Assembly (NCBI GenBank): GCA_965227515.1
Contig: CBDDFZ010000001.1
Location: 864,001-928,000, forward strand
Length of the DNA stretch: 64,000 bases
Reading direction: 5' to 3'
Source: Alphaproteobacteria bacterium
GTDB lineage: Bacteria; Pseudomonadota; Alphaproteobacteria; CALKHQ01
Part shown: one piece after another, positions 40,719 to 52,221 of the stretch
Layout: each line of letters starts with the position of its first letter
Position numbering within the stretch: position 1 is the stretch's first letter
Made by a program: the position numbers and the translations under genes
The notes under the pieces: generated by a model
The model's database searches: none
Told to the model about the DNA's origin: nothing
Seen by the model: only the letters and a program-made list of their open reading frames with translations

Positions 40719-43700
40719 TGGGCGTCCGGTTCAGAATCCGGGTCGGAGGACGGCGTTCGACCGTCGCCGATGAGCAGCCATTGCATGCGGCCGGGGCCGG
40801 TGTTCGCGCCGTCGACGGCGGTCGCCGGGTCGCTTGTGCCATCTGTCGGCACGATGGAGGGCAGGACGCCGTCGTCGGGCGCGTCGCCGCCCATCGGAAT
40901 GACCGCCGCGTTGGCCCCCAGTGCCAGCAGCATCAGCGCCAAGTCACCGGCGACGCGCGGGCTCTCCGGCGGCAGCGCTGCCCACTGGCCCGTGACGTCG
41001 CCGAGTGCGGCCAGCACCGGCGGCCAGCCGCCCTCGCCCGGCGGCGGCAGTTCGGTCCAGCCGGCGGAGGCTGCGCCGCGGCGGGTCGCGCGCCAGTGCG
41101 TCAGCGATGGCACCAGACTGGCGCCGACCGGCAGCCGGCGCAGCGTGTCCAGGGTCGCCGGCAGGTCGGCCCAATAGGACGGACCGGCGGCCACGAAGAT
41201 GTGGGCGGCACCGTCGAGCGCGTCCGTCAGTGCGGCGCGGTCGACCCCGAACGGCCCTCCGTCGCCGTCCTCCGGCATCAGCACGTGCAACGCATCCGGG
41301 CGGATCACCCACACCACACCGGTGCCCGACACACCTTCGCCGACCGCCATCATCAGCGCCTCGTCGCCTGCCATGGCCCGCCGCAGCCGCCAAAGTGCCA
41401 CCGGCCTGGCCGTCACCAAGGTCGTCAGCAGGGGCGACTGGCCCTCTAGTGCGTCATTGGCGGCGGCGACGCGGGCAAGCGCGTCGTCGCGGCCGGCCGC
41501 CAACGCGTCCATGGTGGCGGAGACGCGAAAGCGCGGCAGGACCGCGTATTCGGCCATGAGCTGCCGGTCGAGCTGGTGCCATCGCGCCACCGCGTCGGCA
41601 CGCTCGGCCAGCCCCGATGCGGCCGCATTGCCGCGCGCCGCCAGCACCGGCACCAGCCGGTCGACGACAGTGGCGGACAGCCGCTGGCTGGTCGCGATCT
41701 GCGCGGCGGCCAATGCGTTGGCGTGCGCGCTCAGGTCCGAGGTCTCGTCCTCCACCGCCGTGCGGGCGAGCGCGATGGCGATGTCGGCGGTCTCGCGGGC
41801 CAGACCGTCGCTGGCGAGCCCGTGGGTCAGAGCGGCTTCGGCCGCGCGCAGGGCGGTGTCGAAACGCTGCCGGGCAACGGTGCGCGCGCCGTCGTCCGCC
41901 GCAAGTGCCGCCTGCCCGGAGACGGCCGCGACCATCAGCGGGTGCTGGCTGCCGAGCGACAGGCCGATGGCGGTCTGGGCGACGGCGAACAGCGGCTCGG
42001 CCCGCACCGGTTGCCCGTCGCGGGCCAGCAGCCGCGCCAGCATCGTCGCCGCTTGCCCGAGCTGCGGGGTGTTGGGCCCGTAGGTCGCCTCGATGGCGTC
42101 CAGCATCGCGCGCTGGGCCGCGATCGCACCGACCCGGTTGCCGGTGGACTGGGCCAGGGCGACGCGGGCGCGGTAGGCGGCGATCAACGCGCTGTCGTCG
42201 GTCGACCGGTCGTCGATGGCGATGGCTTCGGCCATCCGCACCAGCCGGCCGGCATGGACCGGCTGGTCCAGCGCCAGCCAGTGCTGCGCCAGTTGCGCCG
42301 CCAGCGATGCCGCCACCGGCGCCGGCAGCACCAACTCGGCATCGGGCACCCGCTGGCCGCTCTCGTCGTAGATGCGGCTCAGGTCGCGTTCGACCGCGGT
42401 CATCACCAGGTCGGCCTGCACCGGATCGCTGGCCAGCCGCAGCGCCTGGGCGAAGGTGATCAGGGCGGTCAGGCGCAGGTCGCTCTGCGGGTCGGTGTCG
42501 TTGGACACCAGGCTGACCGCGGCGCGCGCCGCCTCGACCGCGACGTCGGCGCGGCCGACGATCAGCGCCAGCCGCGCCCCGGTCGCCAGCACGGCGGCAC
42601 GCTCGCGGCGCAGGGCGACGTCCTTGCCGTCCACTTCCATGGCCAGCGCCAGCGCATCGCCGGCGACCTCGTTGGCGCGGGAGAGGCGGCCGAGCGCGCT
42701 GAGCGCGGTGGCGTACTGGCGCATGGCGTGCAGGCGCAGCAGCGGGTCGTCGATACCGGCGGTGTCGATGCGGGCGACGATCTGGCCCAGCAGGGCCTCG
42801 GCATCCGGCATGTTGCCGCGCTTCAGCTCGTAGTCGGCCAGCCTGAGCTGTGCCGCCACCGCGCGGTTCACGTCGCCGCTGGCCAACGCCTGCGCCATCA
42901 GGCGGCGGGCGGCACCGACCGCGGCCTCCACGTCCAACGCCTGCACCCGCGCCTCGGCCAGCATGTCCCGCGCCGCCAGTGCCTCCGGCGCATCGGCCCG
43001 GGCTAGCACCACGACGGCGGGTTCCAGCAGGTCGACGGCATCCGGCGCCAGCCCGTTCAGCATCAGGGTCTCGGCATACTCGAACGCCAGCCGCGCGGCG
43101 GCCGGATGGGCGGCGCCGAAGCCGGTGCGCAGAGCGTTCAGCGCATCGTCATAGAGGCTGAGCGCCTCGGTCACGTCGTCGGTCAGCCAGGCCAGCGTCG
43201 CGGCGGCCTGCCCGGTCGCCGGGTGCACCGGCCCCCAGATGGCGTCGAAGATCGCCAGCGCCTGGCGCGTGTCCGCTTCCGCCTGCTCCAGATCGTCGAT
43301 GGCGATGTACTGGTTGGCGCGGCCCATGAAGGCATTGCCGGCAAAGTTGTTGTCCAGGCCCTCGCCGGCCTCGCTGCGGGCGATCGCCTCGTCGTAGAGC
43401 GCGATCGCCGCTTCGGTGTCGCCGCGTTCCGCCGCCAGCGTCGCCTGTCCGGTAATCGCATCGACGGTGCGCCAATGGTTCGGCCCCAGCGCGTCTTCGA
43501 ACAGCGCGCGCGCCCGGTCGTAGTGGGCCGCGGCAGCATCGAAATCGCCGGCCAGCGTGTGCGCCTTGGCAAGCTGCAGCAGCAGGAAGCCGGTGGTCTC
43601 GGGCTGGTCGCCGAATGCCTCCTCGCTCAGCGCCAGCGCAACCTCGCCAACCTCCGCCGCCGCCGCGAAATCGCCGGCCTGGAACAGGTCGCGGAACGCG

Positions 43701-43804
43701 GCCACCTGGTCGCGCAGCTGCACGTCGGGGGGCACTTCCGGGGTGTCCTGCGCCACGGCACCGCCTGCGGCGAGGCAAAGTGCGACCAACAGCGCGGATG
43801 CCAT
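40715..43804 (-). CDS. Exported TPR-repeat protein with truncated CHAT-like C-terminus
   Basis: Signal peptide from ATG 43804; kinesin-light-chain-like TPRs (LGPNH, WGPVHP, LGSQHP). Confidence 0.78.
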   Translation of the reverse strand: MASALLVALCLAAGGAVAQDTPEVPPDVQLRDQVAAFRDLFQAGDFAAAAEVGEVALALSEEAFGDQPETTGFLLLQLAKAHTLAGDFDAAAAHYDRARALFEDALGPNHWRTVDAITGQATLAAERGDTEAAIALYDEAIARSEAGEGLDNNFAGNAFMGRANQYIAIDDLEQAEADTRQALAIFDAIWGPVHPATGQAAATLAWLTDDVTEALSLYDDALNALRTGFGAAHPAAARLAFEYAETLMLNGLAPDAVDLLEPAVVVLARADAPEALAARDMLAEARVQALDVEAAVGAARRLMAQALASGDVNRAVAAQLRLADYELKRGNMPDAEALLGQIVARIDTAGIDDPLLRLHAMRQYATALSALGRLSRANEVAGDALALAMEVDGKDVALRRERAAVLATGARLALIVGRADVAVEAARAAVSLVSNDTDPQSDLRLTALITFAQALRLASDPVQADLVMTAVERDLSRIYDESGQRVPDAELVLPAPVAASLAAQLAQHWLALDQPVHAGRLVRMAEAIAIDDRSTDDSALIAAYRARVALAQSTGNRVGAIAAQRAMLDAIEATYGPNTPQLGQAATMLARLLARDGQPVRAEPLFAVAQTAIGLSLGSQHPLMVAAVSGQAALAADDGARTVARQRFDTALRAAEAALTHGLASDGLARETADIAIALARTAVEDETSDLSAHANALAAAQIATSQRLSATVVDRLVPVLAARGNAAASGLAERADAVARWHQLDRQLMAEYAVLPRFRVSATMDALAAGRDDALARVAAANDALEGQSPLLTTLVTARPVALWRLRRAMAGDEALMMAVGEGVSGTGVVWVIRPDALHVLMPEDGDGGPFGVDRAALTDALDGAAHIFVAAGPSYWADLPATLDTLRRLPVGASLVPSLTHWRATRRGAASAGWTELPPPGEGGWPPVLAALGDVTGQWAALPPESPRVAGDLALMLLALGANAAVIPMGGDAPDDGVLPSIVPTDGTSDPATAVDGANTGPGRMQWLLIGDGRTPSSDPDSEPDAQ

Positions 43805-43988
43805 TGTGCGGGCGGATCGGGCCTTGCGCTCGACCGCTTTGGCGACGATGTTAGGCGCCGTCTTTGCGCGTGGTCCGCCCGGCACCCGGGTGTGGCTGCC
43901 GACCGGCGCACTGCACGATCTGCGCAAACAACAAATCGAAGTCCGCGCCAGGTTTGGGCGCAGCGACCTTACGGAGGGGAGACGGGAT

Positions 43989-45044
43989 ATGAGAACAATC
44001 AAGGGACCGGCCATTTTCCTGGCCCAGTTCGCCGGCGACAATCCGCCTTTCAATACGCTGTCGTCCATCGCCGACTATATGGCCGGACTGGGGTACAAGG
44101 GCCTGCAAATCCCCTCCTGGGACAGTCGCATGATCGACCTGGAAAAGGCGGCAGAAAGCCCGACGTATTGTGACGACCTCAAGGGCATGCTCGCCGACAA
44201 GGGCCTGGAAATCACCGAGCTGTCAACACATTTGCAGGGCCAGTTGGTGGCGGTCCATCCGGCCTATGACGCAGCCTTCGATGCCTTCGCGCCGGAGAAG
44301 GTGCACGGCAATCCGGCCGCGCGCCAGGAATGGGCGGTCAGCCAGCTTCATCTGGCGGCGCAGGCCTCCAAGAACCTGGGTCTGTCGGCGCACGCCACGT
44401 TCTCCGGCGCGCTGTTGTGGCCGTTCATGTACGCATGGCCGCCGCGCTCCGCCGGGTTGGTCGAGGCGGGCTTTGCCGAGCTCGCCCGGCGCTGGCGGCC
44501 GATCCTGGATGCGTTCGACGAGGCCGGGGTCGATGTCTGCTACGAGGTGCATCCCGGCGAGGACCTGCACGACGGCGCCACGGTGGAGATGTTCCTGGAC
44601 GCGGTCGACCAGCATCCGCGCGCCAACATCCTCTACGATCCCAGCCACTTCGTGCTGCAGGCGCTGGACTACCTGGAATACATCGACCTCTATCACGAGC
44701 GGATCAAGATGTTCCACGTCAAGGACGCGGAGTTCCGTCCCAACGGCCGGGTCGGCGCCTATGGCGGCTACCAGGGCTGGGTCGACCGCGCCGGGCGCTT
44801 CCGCTCGCTGGGCGACGGTCAGGTCGACTTCAAGTCGATCTTCTCCAAGATGGCGCAGTACGACTTCGAGGGCTGGGCCGTGCTGGAGTGGGAATGCGCC
44901 CTCAAGCACCCGGAGGACGGTGCCCGCGAAGGCGCGAAGTTCATCGCCGACCACATCATCAACGTGACCGAGGTGGCCTTCGACGACTTTGCCGCCGGCA
45001 GCGTCGACGAGCAGGCGAACCGCCGCATGCTCGGCATTTCGTAG
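43989..45044 (+). CDS. Sugar phosphate isomerase/epimerase (xylose-isomerase-like TIM barrel)
   Basis: IKGPAIFLAQF, EVHPGEDLHDG, YDPSH, FHVKD, LEWEC. Confidence 0.9.
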   Translation: MRTIKGPAIFLAQFAGDNPPFNTLSSIADYMAGLGYKGLQIPSWDSRMIDLEKAAESPTYCDDLKGMLADKGLEITELSTHLQGQLVAVHPAYDAAFDAFAPEKVHGNPAARQEWAVSQLHLAAQASKNLGLSAHATFSGALLWPFMYAWPPRSAGLVEAGFAELARRWRPILDAFDEAGVDVCYEVHPGEDLHDGATVEMFLDAVDQHPRANILYDPSHFVLQALDYLEYIDLYHERIKMFHVKDAEFRPNGRVGAYGGYQGWVDRAGRFRSLGDGQVDFKSIFSKMAQYDFEGWAVLEWECALKHPEDGAREGAKFIADHIINVTEVAFDDFAAGSVDEQANRRMLGIS

Positions 45045-45054
45045 GGAGGCCGGG

Positions 45055-46224
45055 ATGAGCGAGACCTCACAACGCCGCCTGCGGCTGGGCATGGTCGGCG
45101 GCGGCCAGGGCGCCTTCATCGGCGCCGTGCACCGGCTGTGCGCGCGGATGGACGATTGCTTCGAGCTGGTGGCCGGCGCCCTGTCGTCGTCGCCGGAGCG
45201 GTCGCGGGCCTCCGGCGCGGAGCTGGGCCTGGCGCCCGATCGCATCTACGACGACTACCAGACCATGGCGCGCGAGGAGGCGGGCCGCGACGACGGCATC
45301 GATGCGGTTGCCATCGTGACGCCGAACCACATGCACCACGGCCCGGCGGTCGCGTTCCTGGATGCCGGCATCCACGTCATCTGCGACAAGCCGATGACGA
45401 CCTCGGTCGCCGATGCCGTCGATCTTGTCACACGGGTCCGCCAGTCGGGCCTGGTGTTCGCGCTGACCCACAACTACACCGGCTACCCGTTGATCCGTGA
45501 GGCGCGCGACATGGTGGCGTCGGGCGAACTGGGCGAGATCCGCGTGGTGCAGGCCGAATACGCGCAGGACTGGCTGGCCACCAAGCTGGAAGACACCGGC
45601 ATGAAGCAGGCCGAATGGCGCACCGACCCGGCGCGGTCGGGGGCCGGCGGCTGCATCGGCGACATTGGCACCCATGCCTACAACCTGGCGAATTTCGTCA
45701 CCGGCATGCGGCCCGACACCCTGTCGGCGCAGCTCACGACTTTTGTGGACGGGCGGGCGCTGGACGACGATGCGCAGATCGCGCTGCGCTACGGCAACGG
45801 CGCGCGCGGCCAGCTTTGGGCGAGTCAGGTCTCGGTCGGCAACGAGAACGGCCTGACGCTCCGGGTCTATGGCGAGAAGGGCGGGTTCTCGTGGGGCCAG
45901 GAGAACCCAAATGTGATGACCTTCGCGCGGCTCGGCGAGCGCCCGCAGGTGGTCACCCGTGGCGGTGGCGGCCTGGGTGGGGCGGCGGCCGCCAGCACCC
46001 GCGTGCCGCCGGGCCATCCGGAGGGCTATCTGGAGGGCTTCGCCAACATCTACCGCGATGCGGCGGCGAAGATCCGTGCCCATACGGCAGGCGAGGCGCC
46101 GCCGGAGTCGGCGATGCTGGTGCCGACGGTGGAAGACGGCGCCCATGGTATGAAATTCATCGAGGCGGCGGTCGAATCCAGCCGCAACGATGCGGCTTGG
46201 GTCAGTCTGGAGCTGGACATCTGA
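45055..46224 (+). CDS. Gfo/Idh/MocA-family oxidoreductase
   Basis: [33 protein letters not shown]. Confidence 0.93.
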   Translation: MSETSQRRLRLGMVGGGQGAFIGAVHRLCARMDDCFELVAGALSSSPERSRASGAELGLAPDRIYDDYQTMAREEAGRDDGIDAVAIVTPNHMHHGPAVAFLDAGIHVICDKPMTTSVADAVDLVTRVRQSGLVFALTHNYTGYPLIREARDMVASGELGEIRVVQAEYAQDWLATKLEDTGMKQAEWRTDPARSGAGGCIGDIGTHAYNLANFVTGMRPDTLSAQLTTFVDGRALDDDAQIALRYGNGARGQLWASQVSVGNENGLTLRVYGEKGGFSWGQENPNVMTFARLGERPQVVTRGGGGLGGAAAASTRVPPGHPEGYLEGFANIYRDAAAKIRAHTAGEAPPESAMLVPTVEDGAHGMKFIEAAVESSRNDAAWVSLELDI

Positions 46225-47618
46225 GCGACGATATCGCGCTGGAGCCCGGCGTCGGCCGGCTCCGGCGTTTCTTAGCCCTGTTCGGTGCCGGCGCCGACGG
46301 CCCTGCCGCGGTCGGCGAAGCGATTCGTCGTGCCGAGCTGGCGGGTTTGCGCGTCGCCACCATGGCGCGGCTGATCGCGATCGGCGTGGTCTTCGTCTGG
46401 CTCACCATCCTGATCGGCAATTTCGACATCGTCGCCTTCTACTGGGCGATGCTGGCGCTGTTCGCGCTCAGCACCATCGCGCAATACCAGGTCGGCAAGC
46501 GCGAGCCGCCGTTCTGGATCTCCAGCATCGCGTTCCCGACCCTGGATATCGTGCTGATCTGCCTGGCCGGTCTGTGGCCCAACCCGCTGGACCCGGAGGC
46601 AGTGCCGCCGCCGATGGGGCTGAAGCTCTCCAACCACATCTATTTCATGCTGATCCTGTGCACCAACGCGCTCAGCTATGTGCCCGGCCGGGTGGCGTGG
46701 ACCGGCATTGCGTCCGGCGCGGTCTGGCTGGCGGCGGCGTTCATCATCAGCTTCATGCCGGGCATGACCACCGAGTTCGTGCTGATGGAGGACGGCGGCG
46801 CGCCCTGGTACGAGCAGGCGATGCGGGCCGATTTCGTCAATTTGAACGACGCGATCACGGTCGCCATCGTCTATGTGCTGGCCGGGCTGACCCTGGCGGC
46901 GGTGGTGCAGCGCGCCCGCCGCATGGTGCTGCGCCAGACCGCGACCGCGCGGGCGCGGGCCAACCTGACCCGCTATTTCCCGCCCAACGTCGTCAAGCAG
47001 TTGCAGGAGCGCGACCAGCCGTTCGCCGACGTGCGCCAGCAGAAAGTGGCGGTGATGTTTGTCGACATGGTGGGCTTCACCCGCCAGGCCGAGGGGATGA
47101 CGCCGCAGCAGATGGTCGGCTTCGTGCGCCAGTTCCACCGGCGGATGGAAGGCATCGTGTTCGCCAATGACGGCACGCTGGACAAGTATCTGGGCGACGG
47201 CCTGATGGTCACCTTCGGCACGCCGGCCACCGGGCCGCGCGACGCCGCTGACGCGGTGTCGTGCGCACTGGCCATCCAGGTCGACATGGCGGCGTGGAAC
47301 CGCGAGCGCGCCAGCCATGGCTTGCCGCCGGTGCGGGTCGGCGTCGGCATCCACTATGGCGACGTGGTGATGGCGGACGTGGGTGCGGCCCGCCGGCTGG
47401 AGTTCGCCGTGCTCGGCGACACGGTCAATGTGGCGAGCCGGCTGGAGGAACTGACCCGCGGCCTCGGCGCCGACATCGTCGCCAGCGACGAGGCGATCCA
47501 GGCGGCCCAGGCCCAGGGCGCCGATGTGTCCGGCTTCCGGCGCGCGCCGGCCCAGGCCCTGCGTGGCCGCGACGCGCCGATCGAGGTCTGGCTCTGCGGC
47601 GTCGAAGCTGACAGCTAG
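46221..47618 (+). CDS. Membrane-bound class III adenylate cyclase
   Basis: About 6 TM segments, FVDMVGFT, DKYLGDG, GDTVNVASRLE; start uncertain (CTG 46221 or ATG 46362). Confidence 0.88.
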   Translation: MSDDIALEPGVGRLRRFLALFGAGADGPAAVGEAIRRAELAGLRVATMARLIAIGVVFVWLTILIGNFDIVAFYWAMLALFALSTIAQYQVGKREPPFWISSIAFPTLDIVLICLAGLWPNPLDPEAVPPPMGLKLSNHIYFMLILCTNALSYVPGRVAWTGIASGAVWLAAAFIISFMPGMTTEFVLMEDGGAPWYEQAMRADFVNLNDAITVAIVYVLAGLTLAAVVQRARRMVLRQTATARARANLTRYFPPNVVKQLQERDQPFADVRQQKVAVMFVDMVGFTRQAEGMTPQQMVGFVRQFHRRMEGIVFANDGTLDKYLGDGLMVTFGTPATGPRDAADAVSCALAIQVDMAAWNRERASHGLPPVRVGVGIHYGDVVMADVGAARRLEFAVLGDTVNVASRLEELTRGLGADIVASDEAIQAAQAQGADVSGFRRAPAQALRGRDAPIEVWLCGVEADS

Positions 47619-47695
47619 AGTGCCTGTGTTTATGGTCTAGCGGCGCCATTCGGCGCCAACATGCCAACAGCATCGTTCTCGTCATGGGGGGAGAC

Positions 47696-48358
47696 ATGAC
47701 AGGACCTCAGGAACGGCCGTCGCTGCGCCACCGCCTGTTCGCCGACTTCATGGCGAAGGCGGACGACGAGAGCCACCGGCTGTATGCGGAGAAGAAGCAG
47801 GCGCTGCTCAGCGCGTTGCGCGGCCGCGTGCTGGAGATCGGCCCCGGCACCGGGGTCAATCTGCGCTATCTGAGCCCCGAGGTGACCTGGATCGGGGTCG
47901 AGCCGAACACCGCCATGCACCCGCACCTGCGCGCCGAAGCGGAGCGGCTGGGCCTTGCCGTCGAGCTGCATACCGGCATGTCGGAGGCGCTGGGTGTCGA
48001 GGCCGGCAGCGTCGACATCGTGCTCAGCACGCTGGTGCTGTGCTCGGTCAGCGACATGCGCCAGGTCATGGCGGAGGTCCAGCGGGTGCTGAAACCTGGC
48101 GGCCGGTTCGTCTTCCTGGAGCACGTCGCCGACCGGCGCTGGACCTTCCGCTGGATGGTGCAGAAACCTATGCCGTTCACGCCGTGGCGGTTCTTCTCCG
48201 ACGGGTGCGATCCGGGGCGCGACATCGGCGCGGTCATCGCCGCCGCGGGGTTCGAGGACGTGGACTGCACGCCGTACATGCAGGACGGCCCCGGCATCAT
48301 CCTGGCGATCAACCGCCCGCACATCTGGGGCTCGGCCCGCAAGCGGACAACTGTGTGA
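47696..48358 (+). CDS. Class I SAM-dependent methyltransferase (METTL7-like)
   Basis: LEIGPGTG.N, GVEPN, LVLCSV, FLEHV. Confidence 0.88.
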   Translation: MTGPQERPSLRHRLFADFMAKADDESHRLYAEKKQALLSALRGRVLEIGPGTGVNLRYLSPEVTWIGVEPNTAMHPHLRAEAERLGLAVELHTGMSEALGVEAGSVDIVLSTLVLCSVSDMRQVMAEVQRVLKPGGRFVFLEHVADRRWTFRWMVQKPMPFTPWRFFSDGCDPGRDIGAVIAAAGFEDVDCTPYMQDGPGIILAINRPHIWGSARKRTTV

Positions 48359-48388
48359 TCAGGCGCCTTGCAGTGCCCGCGCCGCGGG

Positions 48389-49108
48389 TCAGGCAGAGAC
48401 GAGAGTCCAGAGTTGCCAAAGGCCCAATGCCATAACAGCGGCAAATGCAGCGCGCCCGCCATCGCGGAGTAATTTGGTCCACCATGTGATTTTCATATCG
48501 CTGGGTTGGTCCTGCAGTTCGTACACCCACCAACTCATCAGACGAATGGCGACCATGATCAGGGTGCGTCGTACGACATCGACATCTGAAATCCTGAGTG
48601 CGAATGAAAGCACATCGTCAGCCTCAGGTCGTCCGACAGGCTTGTACACATAGTCTTCCGGATCATCGATTTCTCCGGAATTTCTAATGTAGTCCTCGCT
48701 AATCTCCTGAACGAATTCATACCTCAACATGAACAGATAATCGTGGACCACGGAAGCTTCGGTGTGCCCGCCCGTCCTGGAGATCAGCCACCGAAACACC
48801 CAAGGAATGCTTGAAAAATCGGTATGCACAATCTTGTGCGCCTGACAGCAAGTGATCGGGCAGTTTCTAGATTTGCAATCTCGCTTGCACTCTTCGCCCA
48901 GGACCGGGTTTAGCTTGCTCTCGAGGATCCATTGGTAAGGGGGAATGACAAAATTCTTCGTCTCATCGCCGACTGTGTAAGAAAAATGATAGGGTTTATC
49001 GAAGAAAAACAGATCACCGAAGTCGACGTTATCTGGGCACGGGCGCGCGTTGAATCTGATCAGTGCCATATGACTTTCAAATGCGAACTCTGTAATAGGT
49101 TTTCGCAT
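48389..49108 (-). CDS. DUF1353-like protein, low GC
   Basis: TDFSSIPW, ASVVHDYL, EAD; GGAG RBS; AT-richer codons than the flanks. Confidence 0.75.
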   Translation of the reverse strand: MRKPITEFAFESHMALIRFNARPCPDNVDFGDLFFFDKPYHFSYTVGDETKNFVIPPYQWILESKLNPVLGEECKRDCKSRNCPITCCQAHKIVHTDFSSIPWVFRWLISRTGGHTEASVVHDYLFMLRYEFVQEISEDYIRNSGEIDDPEDYVYKPVGRPEADDVLSFALRISDVDVVRRTLIMVAIRLMSWWVYELQDQPSDMKITWWTKLLRDGGRAAFAAVMALGLWQLWTLVSA

Positions 49109-49284
49109 AATAAACTCCTAAGAAATACAACTATGAGTTGGATTATGCCGGACCTGATCCGATATCGTCAAACTAATTAGGGCGCGCACGGACTGAGCCG
49201 GATGTCCGGCCAACGTTCCCATTCAACGTCGCGGCGCCACGTCAACGCATCCCTCCAGATCCCAGATAGACCGCCCCACGTATT

Positions 49285-49313
49285 TTGCGATTGCGAGTGA
49301 GTTGCAACTGCAA
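49285..49313 (+). promoter_or_regulatory. Putative alphaproteobacterial Fur-type iron box
   Basis: Quasi-palindrome TTGCGATTGCGAGTGAGTTGCAACTGCAA upstream of the imelysin operon. Confidence 0.6.
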
Positions 49314-49426
49314 TATAGATCGACGGCAGAAACAACCTGCATGATGGCCATGAGGGGAACGGCGCGGGCACGCGCGCGCCGCTGGGGCGGTTGTGCCTGG
49401 CAGCCACGTAAAGGAGGCACTGAGCC

Positions 49427-50707
49427 ATGCGAATCTCAACGGAAACGACACGACAATTCAGGCTATTGGCGCCGGCTGCGGCGGCACTGGCGCTGGTACC
49501 GCAAGCGGCCAGCGCGGCGGATGAAGCGGCGGTCATGGCCAACTATGCCGACATCGCGCATGCGATCTATGCCGATGCGCTGACCACCGCCGGGACCCTG
49601 AACGAGGCGGTGCAGGCGTTGGTGGAGAGCCCGTCGCCGGTGACCATGGCGGCGGCTCGCGGCGCCTGGCTGGAAGCGCGCGCCGCCTATCAGCCGTCGG
49701 AGGCGTTCCGCTTCGGCAACCCGCTGGTCGACGACTGGGAGGGCCGGGTCAACGCCTGGCCGCTGGACGAGGGCCTGATCGACTATGTCGACACCGGCGC
49801 CTATGGGTTCGAGAGCGACGAGAACATGCTCTACACCGCCAACGTCATCGCCAACCCGACGCTGACCTTCGGCGGCGAGACGGTGGATGCCTCGGTCATC
49901 GATGCCGCGCTGCTGCAGGACACGTTGCAGGAGGCCGACAATATCGAGGCGAACGTCGCCACCGGCTACCACGCCATCGAATTCCTGCTCTGGGGCCAGG
50001 ACCTGAACGGCACCGATGCCGGTGCGGGCGACCGCCCCTACACTGACTATGACGCCGCAAACTGCACCGGCGGCAATTGCGACCGGCGGGCGGAATACCT
50101 GCTGGCCGCCGCCGAGCTGCTGGTCGCCGACCTGGAAGAGATGGTGGCGCTGTGGGACGACGACGGCGCTGCGCGCGCCGAGGCGGCGGACGCCGGGCCG
50201 ACCGCGATCGTCACCGGGCTCGGCAGCCTGTCATATGGCGAGCTGGCCGGCGAGCGCATGCAGCTCGGCCTGTTGCTGCACGACCCGGAAGAGGAGCATG
50301 ACTGCTTCTCCGACAACACCCACCACAGCCACTACTACGACCAGGTGGGCATGCAGGCGGTCTATCAGGGCCAGTATGTCGGCATCGACGGGCATGTGGT
50401 GGCCGGGCCGTCGCTGTCCGACCTGGTGGCCGCGGCCGACCCGGCCCTGGACGCGCGGGTGCAGGCGCTGATGGATGCGACCTCTGCGCGCATGGCGCAC
50501 ATGGTGGCGGTGGCCGAAGGTGGCGTCGCCTATGACCAGATGCTGGGCCAGGGCAACGATGCCGGCAACGCCGTGCTGCAGGGGGTGATCGACGCCCTGG
50601 TCGCACAGGCCGGCGGCTTCGAGGAGGTGGTCGCCACCCTGGGCTACGACGTCAGCGGGTTCGAAGGCTCCGACAGCCTGGACGATCCTGACGCCGTGTA
50701 CGAATAA
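49427..50707 (+). CDS. Imelysin (peptidase M75) iron-regulated periplasmic protein
   Basis: NAWPLDEGLIDY, TGYHAIEFLLWGQD, EEEHDCFSDNT. Confidence 0.93.
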   Translation: MRISTETTRQFRLLAPAAAALALVPQAASAADEAAVMANYADIAHAIYADALTTAGTLNEAVQALVESPSPVTMAAARGAWLEARAAYQPSEAFRFGNPLVDDWEGRVNAWPLDEGLIDYVDTGAYGFESDENMLYTANVIANPTLTFGGETVDASVIDAALLQDTLQEADNIEANVATGYHAIEFLLWGQDLNGTDAGAGDRPYTDYDAANCTGGNCDRRAEYLLAAAELLVADLEEMVALWDDDGAARAEAADAGPTAIVTGLGSLSYGELAGERMQLGLLLHDPEEEHDCFSDNTHHSHYYDQVGMQAVYQGQYVGIDGHVVAGPSLSDLVAAADPALDARVQALMDATSARMAHMVAVAEGGVAYDQMLGQGNDAGNAVLQGVIDALVAQAGGFEEVVATLGYDVSGFEGSDSLDDPDAVYE

Positions 50708-50733
50708 GCGGCCGGCGAGCCGCGGGAGCTGCA

Positions 50734-52220
<1,487 letters not shown>

Positions 52221-52221
<1 letters not shown>

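Noticed and set aside
43557-44068. Long overlapping N-terminal extensions of the TPR and TIM-barrel ORFs (also 10174, 37396, 45615, 52478, 60637)
   Set aside because: ORF-caller extensions; RBS, signal peptides and stop/start overlaps support the later starts used here.
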